A stretch of DNA of 64,000 bases from Bacilli bacterium (GTDB lineage Bacteria > Bacillota_I > Bacilli_A > RFN20 > DUOF01), in NCBI GenBank assembly GCA_045612885.1, contig JAZKZZ010000015.1, forward strand, positions 5,431 through 69,430, in the 5' to 3' direction. Positions 9,828 to 20,649 of the stretch are shown here, one piece after another (position 1 is the first letter of the stretch; each line of letters starts with the position of its first letter). Under the pieces are notes generated by a model. It was given only the letters and a program-made list of their open reading frames with translations. It had not been told where the DNA came from and did no database searches. The position numbers were made by a program, and so were the translations under genes.

Positions 9828-10718
9828 CTACTCTCCTACAAACATTTTTATCTTTTTATGTAAACATTTAACTTCAATATTTTGAAAATCAGATTTATCC
9901 CCATCAATATTCCACAAAACTTTATCTTTTACCTTAACACTTATATTCTTTCCACTATATACTTTGACTGAAGAAAACTTTCTTAAATTTTCAACACCTG
10001 CTACAAACACAGACCAAATATTAACTGGTGTATTAAAGTAATCTTTTTTAATAATAACTAAATCTATAATTCCATCATCTAACTTAGCGTTTTTATTAAA
10101 TTTAGGAAATCCTCCAACTGATTTACTATTTAAAAGTAAAGCTAGAATGCAATCTTCTTCTTTGTATTTTATACTATCTACTTCTATATCTAATTTGTAT
10201 GTTTTAACATGAAAACTCTCTTTTATCGCTGATAATACATATGCGGCTTTACCAATCTTTCTTTTCAGTTTTTGATCTGCATTATATACTCCTGCAGTAT
10301 ATGTACCAATGCCCGCTACATATGACATATAAGAATCATTGATTTTACACAAATCAATTTCTTTTATTTTACCTTCTAAAATCACATCTAAAGCCTTATC
10401 TATATTATGAGACAATTTATGATTATTAGCTAAATCACAACAACTTCCTGAAGGAATATATCCAAGAACCGGCGTGTTTTCTATATCACCTATTCCTTTT
10501 AGAACTTCACTAAATGTTCCATCCCCTCCACAAACAATTATTGCATCATACTTACTAGCAGCATCTTTTCCTATTTCTATAGCCTCTTTAGCATAGTTAG
10601 TAGCTCTAATATCTACTACATCGTATTTAGACTTTAATCTCTCCATTAAAAAGGGTAATTTTCTTATAAATCTCCTACTTCCTCCACTTACAGGATTATA
10701 AATAACTAAACATTTCAT
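9828..10718 (-). CDS. Lipid kinase, diacylglycerol-kinase catalytic-domain family (YegS/BmrU-like)
   Basis: AIIVCGGDGTFSEV motif. N-terminal NAD-kinase-like fold. Confidence 0.8.
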   Translation of the reverse strand: MKCLVIYNPVSGGSRRFIRKLPFLMERLKSKYDVVDIRATNYAKEAIEIGKDAASKYDAIIVCGGDGTFSEVLKGIGDIENTPVLGYIPSGSCCDLANNHKLSHNIDKALDVILEGKIKEIDLCKINDSYMSYVAGIGTYTAGVYNADQKLKRKIGKAAYVLSAIKESFHVKTYKLDIEVDSIKYKEEDCILALLLNSKSVGGFPKFNKNAKLDDGIIDLVIIKKDYFNTPVNIWSVFVAGVENLRKFSSVKVYSGKNISVKVKDKVLWNIDGDKSDFQNIEVKCLHKKIKMFVGE

Positions 10719-10720
10719 AG

Positions 10721-11491
10721 CTAAATATCCTTACTCTCTAATCCTTCAATAATAAAATTATCATAGTACTTTTTCAATTCTTTAATCTTAGTCTTATCAT
10801 TTAAAGTCCAACCAGTAATCTTATATCCCTTATTTTTATAACTCTCCAACAATTTGTAATTAATATTATCAACATCATATGATATAAAATCTGGTTTTAC
10901 TAAGAATTTAAACATATGCTTATTAACTACCAATTTATGAATAAACCCTTTTTTATGATTACTTCCAATTCTCCCTAGAAAAACATCCTTATCTAATTTT
11001 TTATATGCTCTAAGAAGGACAGGATTAAATGATACAATTACATATTTACCTTTATAATCCTTTAATAACTCATATACTTGTTTTACTAATATTTTATTTA
11101 ATTTTGAATTAACACTCTTTAACTCAATCATTAGTTCAACTTTTCCATCTACCATATTTAATACATCTTTGAATAAAGGAACACTAACATCCTCTCTTAA
11201 TTTATTAATTCTTTTATAAGAAATATCACTTACTAATCTATCTCTATTAAATAATCTTTTCAAATTATCATCATGAAAACAAATAACTTTATAATCGCCT
11301 GTTAATTGTACATCAAATTCAAATGGTGATTTATCATCAATTGACAATTTAAATGCTTCCAATGTATTTTCATATATCTTTACATTATCAAATTTTCCCC
11401 TATGATAAATAGGTTTATTGAATAACCATTTGCATTCTTTATCGAATTTAATTTTTCTTTCTTCTTTACTCTTCAATTTTTTTACCTCCAA
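10721..11491 (-). CDS. Glycerophosphodiester phosphodiesterase (GDPD family)
   Basis: HRG...ENTLEAF and EFDVQLTGD motifs. 26-nt overlap with the upstream patatin gene. Confidence 0.75.
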   Translation of the reverse strand: MEVKKLKSKEERKIKFDKECKWLFNKPIYHRGKFDNVKIYENTLEAFKLSIDDKSPFEFDVQLTGDYKVICFHDDNLKRLFNRDRLVSDISYKRINKLREDVSVPLFKDVLNMVDGKVELMIELKSVNSKLNKILVKQVYELLKDYKGKYVIVSFNPVLLRAYKKLDKDVFLGRIGSNHKKGFIHKLVVNKHMFKFLVKPDFISYDVDNINYKLLESYKNKGYKITGWTLNDKTKIKELKKYYDNFIIEGLESKDI

Positions 11492-12335
11492 TATATTTCT
11501 GAATTTTAGAAATCATATTAGTAGCATCTTGATATCCAATATTATAAATATTAGTTAGTTTATCCCCGCTTTTTTCTAGACTATTAATAATTAACGGCTC
11601 GCTAGGATAAATAGCTAAAATCTTTCCTTCTTGTTCAAGAGCATCTATTAAATCTCTTGTTACATTATACTTATTAAATCTATTTTCCATGCTCTTAATC
11701 AAATTAGGATATCTAAAATATTTAGTCTTATATGCATTCATTAACTTATATGGTTTACATTTAAATGATTTATCCCTTGTTAATACTACAATCACCTTAT
11801 CATAATTATCTTCAAGCGCTTTAATAACAGGTATAGAATCACTCATTCCTCCATCTAATAATTTCATATTATCTATTTCAACAACTTTAGAAAACAAAGG
11901 CAAAGATGCACTTGCTTTAATATAATCCCTGTCCCTTTTAAAATACGTAATATTTTTATACACTGGAGCACCAGTAACTATATTAGTACAAGTTACCACA
12001 AAATTTTCCTTGTTATTATCAAAAGCTTCTACATCAAAAGGATCAATTTCATCATTAACTTCATTAAACAAAAAATCTAAATTAAGAACACTTTGTAATC
12101 TTAAAATTCTTTTATAATCAACACACTTTTTTGACAGGGCATATTCTTTATTAATTCTAAAACTTCTTCCTCTTTGTCTTGATAAATACGACAAAGAATT
12201 AAGTGCTCCTGCACTAACTGAATAAATATTAGGAATATATATTTTATTATCCAAAAAAGCATCTAGTACACCCGCAGTATAAGTCCCACGGTTTCCTCCA
12301 CCCTCTAAAACTAAGCAAACTCTCTTCATAGGCAC
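11466..12335 (-). CDS. Patatin-like phospholipase
   Basis: LVLEGGGNRGTYTAGVL oxyanion loop. SVSAGA nucleophile elbow. DGG motif. Confidence 0.85.
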   Translation of the reverse strand: MPMKRVCLVLEGGGNRGTYTAGVLDAFLDNKIYIPNIYSVSAGALNSLSYLSRQRGRSFRINKEYALSKKCVDYKRILRLQSVLNLDFLFNEVNDEIDPFDVEAFDNNKENFVVTCTNIVTGAPVYKNITYFKRDRDYIKASASLPLFSKVVEIDNMKLLDGGMSDSIPVIKALEDNYDKVIVVLTRDKSFKCKPYKLMNAYKTKYFRYPNLIKSMENRFNKYNVTRDLIDALEQEGKILAIYPSEPLIINSLEKSGDKLTNIYNIGYQDATNMISKIQKYIGGKKIEE

Positions 12336-12338
12336 CTC

Positions 12339-12845
12339 TTAATACAATTTTGCGTCTTCAATAGACATAACTTTTGCTAAAACAGCGTTTAGACCATTAG
12401 ATTTATAACTATTGTAAGAGCAAACTAATTCATTATAATATTCTTTAATATAATTTATTTTTAATTCTGATTCATTACATTGATTAATCAATAAACTATC
12501 ATCAAAACTATTCATACAATTAACATAATATTTATTAAATCGTTTTAATCCATCTATATCTAATATTTTTTTACTACTATAATGGTTAATACTCTCAATG
12601 ATATTTGTATATTTTTCTTCTTCAATAATATCCTTATTAATCTCTATATACTCTTTTAATAAACTATGTTTAATACTAACTTGTCCTCTTATTTGTGCTA
12701 AAATATTTTCTAACTTTTTCTTATTTACACGCATTTTAATATACATGACTATTGGATAAATACATCCTATAATAAATATCACACTAAGAGTTCCTATTAG
12801 CCACCAAATAAATTCCATATAAATCTCTCCCCATATTAATACCAT
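12339..12845 (-). CDS. LemA-like membrane protein
   Basis: Single N-terminal TM helix followed by a coiled helical region, as in the LemA family. Motif match is weak. Confidence 0.5.
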   Translation of the reverse strand: MVLIWGEIYMEFIWWLIGTLSVIFIIGCIYPIVMYIKMRVNKKKLENILAQIRGQVSIKHSLLKEYIEINKDIIEEEKYTNIIESINHYSSKKILDIDGLKRFNKYYVNCMNSFDDSLLINQCNESELKINYIKEYYNELVCSYNSYKSNGLNAVLAKVMSIEDAKLY

Positions 12846-12913
12846 TATATCAAATTATCAATATTTTATATTAATATCCTTATTTTTTTATAATTAAAAA
12901 AGTGAATCACAAA

Positions 12914-14689
12914 TTAATTCACTTTAATAATAATTTCTATTTTATTAGGTTCTAGCACGATTTCATTTTGTGTTTTTTCAGTTAATAGTGATTTATACGT
13001 TTTTCCATCGCTATAAACATATGTTTCATCGCTTACATTAGTAAGAATTACAATTTCTTCTTTATCATTTATTCTTTTATATACAATAATTCCATCACTT
13101 GACCTAATAAACTCTAATTTTCCTTCTTTAAATACTTTATGATTCCTAATATTAGCTAATTTTTTATACCAATTTAAGATATCTTTGTTTTCTTTTCCCC
13201 ATGGATAACATCTTCTAGAAAAATCAGGAGCATCCTCCTCAATTCCTACTTCATCACCATAAAATATACTTGGTATTCCATAGAACGTATACTGTAGTCC
13301 ACTTATAATTTTTAACTTATCTATATAATTATCTTTTTCTTTTAATATAGATAATATTCTCCTTGTATCATGACTACCAATTAAATTCATTAAATTATGT
13401 TTAACAAACTCAGGATAGTTGTTTTCTATCATTTGATAAACATAAAATAATTTATTGCAATCATTATCGTAAACATAACTAATAAGTGCATCTTTTAAAG
13501 GGTAATTCATAACACTATTTAACTCTTCGCCCAAAAAGTAACCTCTACGATTACTATAGGCAATTTTTGTAGAAGCATCTTCCCACACTTCACCTATAAT
13601 AAGTGCATCTTTTTTCACACTATAAACGCTAGCACAAATCTTAGTTAATAGCTCATGGTGAATTTCATCTACTACATCTAATCTAAATCCTAGCAACCCC
13701 ATATTCATATACTTAGTGATAATCATAGAAATATACTCTTGTAAATCTTTATTAGATTGATTAACACTAGGTAAAGTTTTTATTCCCCACCAAGAAGCAT
13801 AATCATCTGGCCAATTATTAAAATTAAACCAATCATAATATATAGATTCTTTAGAATTATATGCACCTACTACATCAAAATGATTATTCTTATTAAAGTA
13901 AATACTATCACTACCGATGTGATTAAATACACCATCTAAAACTATCCCTATTTTTCTTTCTTTAGCTTCATTAATTAACTCCTGTAATATTTCTTCATTT
14001 CCATACATTGGATCGATTTTTTCATAATTACTAGTATCATATTTATGATTACTTGGAGCCATAAAAATTGGTGATAAATAAATGATATTTACTCCAATAT
14101 TTTTTAAATAATCGAGTTTATCTATTACCCCTTTTAAATTACCACCAAAGACCTCATAATTTAATAAAGTTCTATCAGTAGTATTCTTAGTAATACTTCC
14201 TCCCCAATCATTTCTATAAACAAATCCATCACGAATATTCACTTTTCCAATTTTATTAAATCTATCGACAAAAATATGATAGATAATTCCACCTTTATAT
14301 AAAGACGAAATATCTCTTTCTCTTTTTATGACGGTAAGTGGAAATTCTTCATTACTAGTAAGACTAGCATCATATCTATTACTTTTATTAACATATAAAA
14401 TTCCATCATTAGTATCAACTTCAAAATGATACCAGTGTAATCCTATATCAGATAATTTAGTATTACATTCATATACAAAATAGTTAATCTCATAAGATGA
14501 TAAATTACACTCTAAAAATTGAGTATAATTATTTTTTTCATACCTTACTACTAACGTTACTTTATTAACTTTTGTATCACATCTTACTTTTATCTTAAAA
14601 TTAATGTTTTGATTTTTTTTAACTGGTCCTGTAGGAAATTTATCGATATTTGGATCAAATATAACCTTTTCCATAACTATAATTTCCAA
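12914..14689 (-). CDS. GH13 alpha-amylase-family enzyme (neopullulanase/cyclomaltodextrinase-like)
   Basis: GH13 regions I-IV: VDGVFNH, GFRLDVVDEI, GEVWE, LIGSHDTRR. An N-terminal N-domain is present. Confidence 0.85.
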   Translation of the reverse strand: MEIIVMEKVIFDPNIDKFPTGPVKKNQNINFKIKVRCDTKVNKVTLVVRYEKNNYTQFLECNLSSYEINYFVYECNTKLSDIGLHWYHFEVDTNDGILYVNKSNRYDASLTSNEEFPLTVIKRERDISSLYKGGIIYHIFVDRFNKIGKVNIRDGFVYRNDWGGSITKNTTDRTLLNYEVFGGNLKGVIDKLDYLKNIGVNIIYLSPIFMAPSNHKYDTSNYEKIDPMYGNEEILQELINEAKERKIGIVLDGVFNHIGSDSIYFNKNNHFDVVGAYNSKESIYYDWFNFNNWPDDYASWWGIKTLPSVNQSNKDLQEYISMIITKYMNMGLLGFRLDVVDEIHHELLTKICASVYSVKKDALIIGEVWEDASTKIAYSNRRGYFLGEELNSVMNYPLKDALISYVYDNDCNKLFYVYQMIENNYPEFVKHNLMNLIGSHDTRRILSILKEKDNYIDKLKIISGLQYTFYGIPSIFYGDEVGIEEDAPDFSRRCYPWGKENKDILNWYKKLANIRNHKVFKEGKLEFIRSSDGIIVYKRINDKEEIVILTNVSDETYVYSDGKTYKSLLTEKTQNEIVLEPNKIEIIIKVN

Positions 14690-17061
14690 ATCTTCTTAAC
14701 GTAATCTTTAATACTTCTATCACTTGAAAAATAATAATTTCTAGCAATACTTAATAAAGTTTTACGATACCATTCATCACCATTTCTATAAGTCATATCC
14801 ATTAATGCATCTGCTCTTATATAATCAGCAAAATCTGCTAAACACATATAAATATCTCTATGAGGAGTTTCTCCTAGTAAATATTGACTAATATCATGGA
14901 AAGATTCACCATTAAATCCATTATCTAGATAAGTAATAACTCTTCTTATTCTCTCATCACTATTGTAGTAATCCATTGGATGATATCCTTTTTCATCAAT
15001 CATAGCTTTTTCTTCTTTTGTTAAACCAAATGAGAATGAGTTATCAATTCCACACTTTTCCATAATTTCAATATTTGCACCATCAATAGTATCAATCATT
15101 AAGGCTCCATTAAAGATAGCTTTCATATTACCAGTACCACTAGCTTCTTTACCCACAAGTGATATTTGTTCACTTACATCCGTAGCAGGTGTCAATAACT
15201 CAGATACAGAAACTGAGAAGTTCTCCACGAATACAACTTTAATTTTCTTGTTAGCAATTGGATCATTCTCAATATGTTTAGCAAGTTGAGTCACCAATCT
15301 AATAATTCTCTTTGCCATATAATAACTACTAGCAGCTTTACCTGCAAAAATAAATGTTTGAGGCGTCATATCCCAATCAGGATTATTTCTTAATTCACTA
15401 TATAAATAAATGATTCTTAAAACATTTAATAATTGCCTTTTATATTCATGAATTCTTTTTGCCTGAACATCGATTCTAGCGTTAGGATCTATCTCAATAC
15501 CTTGAGTTTCTTTTAAATATTTAGCGAATCTTTTCTTATTTTCTAATTTAACTTTCTTTAGTTCTTCTAAAGTTTCACTTTCATGAGCAAATTTTTCTAA
15601 TTTTTTAAGCAAACTAGCATCAGTTAAATATTCTTTTCCTACTCTTTTACTAATAAATTTATCAAGTAATGGATTAGCTTCTGCAACCCATTTTCTATGT
15701 GAAACACCATTAGTAACATTTACAAATTTTTCAGGATAGATACTATAATAATTCTTTAATAAATCGTTCTTTAAAATATCTGTATGTATCTCACTAACTC
15801 CATTTACACTGTGACTTGCATAGACAGCTAAATTCGTCATATAAACTTTCCCATTAGAAAGAATTGCCATATTTTCCACTTTTGCACCATCAAACTTATA
15901 TTCATATTTAAGTTGATCTCTAAGTCGTCTATCTAACTCTCTTAAAATTAGAGCTATACGTGGCATATATTTTTCTACCAACCAATATGGTTGTACCTCT
16001 AATGACTCACTTAAAATAGTGTGATTAGTATAACTTATAGTTTCTCCTACCATTTTAAACGCTTCATCCCAAGATAAATAATATTCATCTAATAAAATTC
16101 TCATTAATTCTACTACCATAAACACAGGATGAGTATCATTTAAATGAACTGCCATATGTTTAGGAAGTGTTGAAATTCTATGTCCTCTTGCGATATGTTC
16201 TTTAATAATATTTTGAATAGCAGCACTTGCTAAAAAATACTCTTGTTTTAATCTTAAAGCCTTACCATACTCATTATCATCAGCAGGATACAAATAATCA
16301 TTAATTGCATTTATATCCCTAGCAATTTGCTCTTCTCTTAGTTTTTCTTCATCAGTTAAAACGCCAGTTTTATTAGAAAGATAATTAGCTTTCCATAAAC
16401 GTAAATATGCATTTCCTTCTAATTTATATCCAGTCATCACCAAATCACAAGGAATAGCCTCTACGCAAATAGGATTATTCAATTTGTAATGGTATGTGCC
16501 AAAATAATCCACATTTTCTTCTAATTCGCCACCAAAATACACTTTAACAGCTTTATCTTTCTTCTCATTTAGCCATACATGACCTTTATCCAACCATTGA
16601 TCTGCTTCTTCTTTTTGTTCTCCATCAACAATTTTTTGTTTAAATAAGCCATATCTATACAAAAGAGAATGTCCCATTGCACGGTAATTTAAAGTAGCCA
16701 ACGATTCTAGAAAACAGGCAGCAAGTCTACCTAAACCACCATTACCTAAACCCGCATCATTTTCTTGTTTAATAACATCTTTAAGATTCTTTTTGTGAGA
16801 TTTAAGTATTTTATCTACTTTACTATATTCTCCCATATTCCATAAGTTATTTTCTAAACAATTACCAATTAAAAATTCTATAGAAATATAGTTAATAGCT
16901 TTCTTTCCTCTATTGTTTGCAATTGTTTCATCTGATTTTTCCACAACTTCCTTACTAACAAGATAAGCCAAAACATCATGAATTTCTTCATTAGTAGCAG
17001 TATCTAAATTCTTATTAAAATCTTTCTTTAATTGCTTATTTAAGATTTCTTCATTAAGCAT
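14677..17061 (-). CDS. glgP: Glycogen/maltodextrin phosphorylase
   Basis: Pyridoxal-phosphate site GKEASGTGNMKAIFNGAL. 794 aa. 13-nt overlap with the amylase gene. Confidence 0.93.
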   Translation of the reverse strand: MLNEEILNKQLKKDFNKNLDTATNEEIHDVLAYLVSKEVVEKSDETIANNRGKKAINYISIEFLIGNCLENNLWNMGEYSKVDKILKSHKKNLKDVIKQENDAGLGNGGLGRLAACFLESLATLNYRAMGHSLLYRYGLFKQKIVDGEQKEEADQWLDKGHVWLNEKKDKAVKVYFGGELEENVDYFGTYHYKLNNPICVEAIPCDLVMTGYKLEGNAYLRLWKANYLSNKTGVLTDEEKLREEQIARDINAINDYLYPADDNEYGKALRLKQEYFLASAAIQNIIKEHIARGHRISTLPKHMAVHLNDTHPVFMVVELMRILLDEYYLSWDEAFKMVGETISYTNHTILSESLEVQPYWLVEKYMPRIALILRELDRRLRDQLKYEYKFDGAKVENMAILSNGKVYMTNLAVYASHSVNGVSEIHTDILKNDLLKNYYSIYPEKFVNVTNGVSHRKWVAEANPLLDKFISKRVGKEYLTDASLLKKLEKFAHESETLEELKKVKLENKKRFAKYLKETQGIEIDPNARIDVQAKRIHEYKRQLLNVLRIIYLYSELRNNPDWDMTPQTFIFAGKAASSYYMAKRIIRLVTQLAKHIENDPIANKKIKVVFVENFSVSVSELLTPATDVSEQISLVGKEASGTGNMKAIFNGALMIDTIDGANIEIMEKCGIDNSFSFGLTKEEKAMIDEKGYHPMDYYNSDERIRRVITYLDNGFNGESFHDISQYLLGETPHRDIYMCLADFADYIRADALMDMTYRNGDEWYRKTLLSIARNYYFSSDRSIKDYVKKIWKL

Positions 17062-17071
17062 CTTATTCCCC

Positions 17072-18580
17072 CTACATTTGTTTATATAAATTCACATAAT
17101 TATTCATTGAGAAACTCCAACTGAAATCTTTTTTCATTACAGTATGAATCTTCTCGGTCCATGACTTTTTATCATGATAATCATTAATTGCTCTTCTTAA
17201 AGAATATTCAAAATCCTCAGAACTACAATTATGGAAAGTATAACCATTTCCACCTTCAATACATCCGAAATCCTTGATAGTATCTTTTAATCCACCAACT
17301 TCTCTAACAAGTGGTACTGCACCATATCTACTTGCAATCATTTGTGATAAACCACATGGTTCACTAATTGAAGGCATCATAAAAATATCACTACCTGCAT
17401 AAATCTTTTTACCAATATCTACTACAAATCCTAAATATACTCCTACTCTAGTAGGATACTTACGATTTAAATAATTTAAAAAATCTTCATATTGTTTGTC
17501 ACCAGTTCCAATTGCTACAAGTTGAGCATCAGTGCTATTTAGTATTCCTTCAATTGTATCTTTAACAAAATCTAGTCCTTTGTTTTGAACTAATCTAGTT
17601 ACTAAAGATAATACTGGAACATTTGGATTAACTTCCACATTAAAGAACTTTTGTAATTCTTCTTTATTTTTCGCTTTATTTTCTAAACTATTACTATCAT
17701 AATTAACCCAAATGGCTTTATCTACACTTGGATTATAGAAAGTATAATCTAACCCATTTACTATACCTGATAATTTATAAGAAACTTGTCGAGCTATGTC
17801 ATCTAATCCATTACCTCCTTCAGGAGTTTGAATTTCTTTTGAATAACTATCACTAACTGTAGTAACTCTATCAGCACATAACATACTAGCCTTCATAAAG
17901 TTTACATCACCATGATGTAATAACAATCCTGAATCTTTTTGATCGAAACCTAATACATCACCTAATATCTCTTTACCATATCTACCTTGATATAAAATAT
18001 TATGAATTGTTATAATAGTTTTCATTTCATTATATTTAGGATTATTCCAATTATATGTCTTCAAATACACTGGAACCAATGCACTTTGCCAATCATTACA
18101 ATGAATAATTTCAGGATAAAAATCTAAAATCGGTAGCACTTCTAAAACACTCTTAGAAAAAAACGCGAATCTTTCAGCATCATCACCATATCCATAATAA
18201 TTGTCTCTTTTGAAATATTTTTCATTATCTAAGAAATAATAAACCACATTATCTTTTTTATAAGTAAATATTCCACAATACTCTTTTCTCCAAGATAAAT
18301 TAACATATGTATTAGCAATATATGTTAATTTTTCTCTTTCAATCTTCATGTTTTTGTAAAGTGGTAAAATAACGCGAATATCACTACCAGGATACTCTTC
18401 CTTTAACTTATTAGGTAAACTACCACATACATCTGCTAAACCACCTGTTGCACAAAAAGGTTGTACCTCACTTGTTACATACAAAATTGATTTTTTGAAA
18501 TCATCACCTTTTTTATTACTAGTTTTGCTAGGTGTTTTCTTTGCTTTTAATACTTCTTTTGCCATAAAAATTTCCCCCAT
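17072..18580 (-). CDS. glgA: Glycogen synthase (GT5)
   Basis: SEVQPFCATGGLADV (K-T-G-G-L motif). GT-B C-terminal domain. An internal Met at codon 6, preceded by a gggga SD, may be the real start. Confidence 0.9.
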   Translation of the reverse strand: MGEIFMAKEVLKAKKTPSKTSNKKGDDFKKSILYVTSEVQPFCATGGLADVCGSLPNKLKEEYPGSDIRVILPLYKNMKIEREKLTYIANTYVNLSWRKEYCGIFTYKKDNVVYYFLDNEKYFKRDNYYGYGDDAERFAFFSKSVLEVLPILDFYPEIIHCNDWQSALVPVYLKTYNWNNPKYNEMKTIITIHNILYQGRYGKEILGDVLGFDQKDSGLLLHHGDVNFMKASMLCADRVTTVSDSYSKEIQTPEGGNGLDDIARQVSYKLSGIVNGLDYTFYNPSVDKAIWVNYDSNSLENKAKNKEELQKFFNVEVNPNVPVLSLVTRLVQNKGLDFVKDTIEGILNSTDAQLVAIGTGDKQYEDFLNYLNRKYPTRVGVYLGFVVDIGKKIYAGSDIFMMPSISEPCGLSQMIASRYGAVPLVREVGGLKDTIKDFGCIEGGNGYTFHNCSSEDFEYSLRRAINDYHDKKSWTEKIHTVMKKDFSWSFSMNNYVNLYKQM

Positions 18581-18640
18581 ATAGTTTTATTTTATTATAA
18601 ATAATAAAAACTAACCATGATTTAGCTCTCTTTTATCGAC

Positions 18641-18665
18641 AAAAAAAGTGCTTTTATTAAAGCAC
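18641..18665 (-). terminator. Rho-independent terminator ending the three-gene unit, upstream of glgA
   Basis: gtgcttt-tatt-aaagcac hairpin, followed by a T-run on the minus strand. Confidence 0.65.
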
Positions 18666-18666
18666 C

Positions 18667-19386
18667 TTACTTTCTTGTATTAATATTTTTGCTATTTTTA
18701 TTTAGAATATTTAAAATTGCATCTTTTAGCATTTTAACATTTGGATAAAAATCCTCATCATAATCGTTATCTAAATCTTCATATGGAAAAACTAAAATTG
18801 TTTTAAGTAATATTTCTTGTGGAATGGTAATAATGCCTGACTTTTCCCCAAAAATTGTATTTTTACTAATGCATATATCATTATGCGTAAAATTATCAAT
18901 TAATTTACTACCATCAGAAAGAATCACATCAACGTTCATTTTAAACGAAGGGAGTCTAAAATCATAAATTATATTTTTTGTTTTAATATCATACCCACGA
19001 ATGCACATATCATCAAGTTGATTTTTTCTATATTTCTTTTTTATTTTTTCAAAAGCCTCTGCTTTTTCTTCATTTTCATTTAATGAAACAATGAAAAAAC
19101 CACCTAACAACACTTCAGATTTAATATTAACATCGTTATTAATCATTTCTAATTCTTCTATTAATTCCTCTACACTAACTTTAATCATTTTATTAGAAAA
19201 TATTCTTGAATATTCATTGTTTAATAATTCATTTATATTTTTTATTTCTTCGTTATATTTCTCTTTTATTTGATTTAATTCTTCACAAAGTTTAATACGC
19301 TTTTCTTTTAATTCTTGTATTTTTATTAAAATCTCATTTAACTCTTTATCCACAATATCACTTTCTTTCAATATTTTGACTATCAA
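18667..19386 (-). CDS. Hypothetical protein, 239 aa. Coiled-coil N-terminus and an unknown C-terminal domain.
   Basis: Third gene of a tight three-gene unit. 29-nt overlap with the preceding ORF. Confidence 0.6.
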   Translation of the reverse strand: MIVKILKESDIVDKELNEILIKIQELKEKRIKLCEELNQIKEKYNEEIKNINELLNNEYSRIFSNKMIKVSVEELIEELEMINNDVNIKSEVLLGGFFIVSLNENEEKAEAFEKIKKKYRKNQLDDMCIRGYDIKTKNIIYDFRLPSFKMNVDVILSDGSKLIDNFTHNDICISKNTIFGEKSGIITIPQEILLKTILVFPYEDLDNDYDEDFYPNVKMLKDAILNILNKNSKNINTRK

Positions 19387-19840
19387 GATGCTTTTTACAA
19401 TTATTTATTGCATTCTCAATCTTTAAAAAATATTCTTTATATTCATTTCTTAAATCTTCTAATTTGCTTAGTAATCTGTTTTCCCTTAAAATAAAATCCT
19501 CTTTTTCTCTAACTAAAGTTTCATTGCACCAATCAAGCATTTTTTGAGCATTTTCTTCCTTATTATCAAAATTGTTTAAAACATATTCCATCCATTTATC
19601 TGATAAAATAAAACTCATTCTTCCAGATATTGAATGAATATAAAACTCACATAAAGAATATTGCACATAGCAAGGTCCTCTAAAGTTATTTCCTTCAAGT
19701 CTCACCTTACTTCCACTTATAAACTCTTCATTATCTTCAACTAAAATTAATCCTGAACCCTTATACACGTTTTCATCCCAACTATATCCATTTTCTAATA
19801 AAAATTTCTTTATATCGCTATTTTTAACTCTAAACCCCAT
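19358..19840 (-). CDS. Hypothetical protein, 160 aa
   Basis: Middle gene of the unit. Its start lies 3 nt after the upstream stop. Confidence 0.6.
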   Translation of the reverse strand: MGFRVKNSDIKKFLLENGYSWDENVYKGSGLILVEDNEEFISGSKVRLEGNNFRGPCYVQYSLCEFYIHSISGRMSFILSDKWMEYVLNNFDNKEENAQKMLDWCNETLVREKEDFILRENRLLSKLEDLRNEYKEYFLKIENAINNCKKHLDSQNIERK

Positions 19841-19842
19841 AG

Positions 19843-20625
19843 TTATTTCCTCCTATAAATGTCTTTATTGTTGATTTCTTTATATTGTCTAGTAGCTAAT
19901 TTTTCCAGTATTCTTATTGCCGCCTTTTTATACTTGTGTTCAGCATTAAATAATAAGATTGATTTAGCAAATGTGAACGCCAATACTTCATCTTTTTCTA
20001 CTAGAACATTAATATTTTTAAATCCATATTTTTTTGTCTCATTAAGAAGATTTTTTATTATTTTTGCATTCATATCTCTTAAATGTTTTTTTGATTCTTT
20101 ACTATCTTTTTCACTATATTCTAGAATGATATCTATATATTCTTGATATATTTCATTTGCATCTTCATACACTATATAATCATTTTCACGTTCAGCTTTT
20201 TTAAAGATACCATTAAGAAGAATTTTATATTCTTTAACTAAATTAATATCGTTAAGCATCTCTCTTGCCATCATTGCTCTAGCAGTATAATGTGACAAAC
20301 CTTCTTCACCTGGTATATGCACTTCATCTATATATCTAGATATTTTTTCTAATTTTTCTATATCACTTTGAGAAATATCTTCATATCTTATTTTCGCAAA
20401 CAAATCATCATATGTATTAAACTTCAAATTCTTAACTTGATTATCAATTATAATATTTTCTCCAGCATACATAAATAAATACCAGTTTTGGATTGCATGT
20501 ATTTCACCTTTTTCTGCTAATAGTTTCAAGTTTTCTAACATACTGTCTGTATATCCATCAAGCAAATATTTACACCAACAAGTAATAAAATCACTGTATA
20601 AGTTAGAAATTTTTCCTCTAGTCAT
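19843..20625 (-). CDS. Hypothetical protein, 260 aa
   Basis: First gene of the unit. Preceded by a TTGAAA-17-TAAAAT promoter-like sequence at 20650-20678. Confidence 0.6.
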   Translation of the reverse strand: MTRGKISNLYSDFITCWCKYLLDGYTDSMLENLKLLAEKGEIHAIQNWYLFMYAGENIIIDNQVKNLKFNTYDDLFAKIRYEDISQSDIEKLEKISRYIDEVHIPGEEGLSHYTARAMMAREMLNDINLVKEYKILLNGIFKKAERENDYIVYEDANEIYQEYIDIILEYSEKDSKESKKHLRDMNAKIIKNLLNETKKYGFKNINVLVEKDEVLAFTFAKSILLFNAEHKYKKAAIRILEKLATRQYKEINNKDIYRRK

Positions 20626-20649
20626 ACACTCACATCCATTCTCGCCTAC

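Noticed and set aside
18667-20625. The three unknown genes being diverged glgC/glgD
   Set aside because: None carries a GGxGxRL-type nucleotidyltransferase motif or a left-handed beta-helix hexapeptide repeat region. The sizes (260, 160, 239 aa) are wrong for GlgC/GlgD (~380 aa each).
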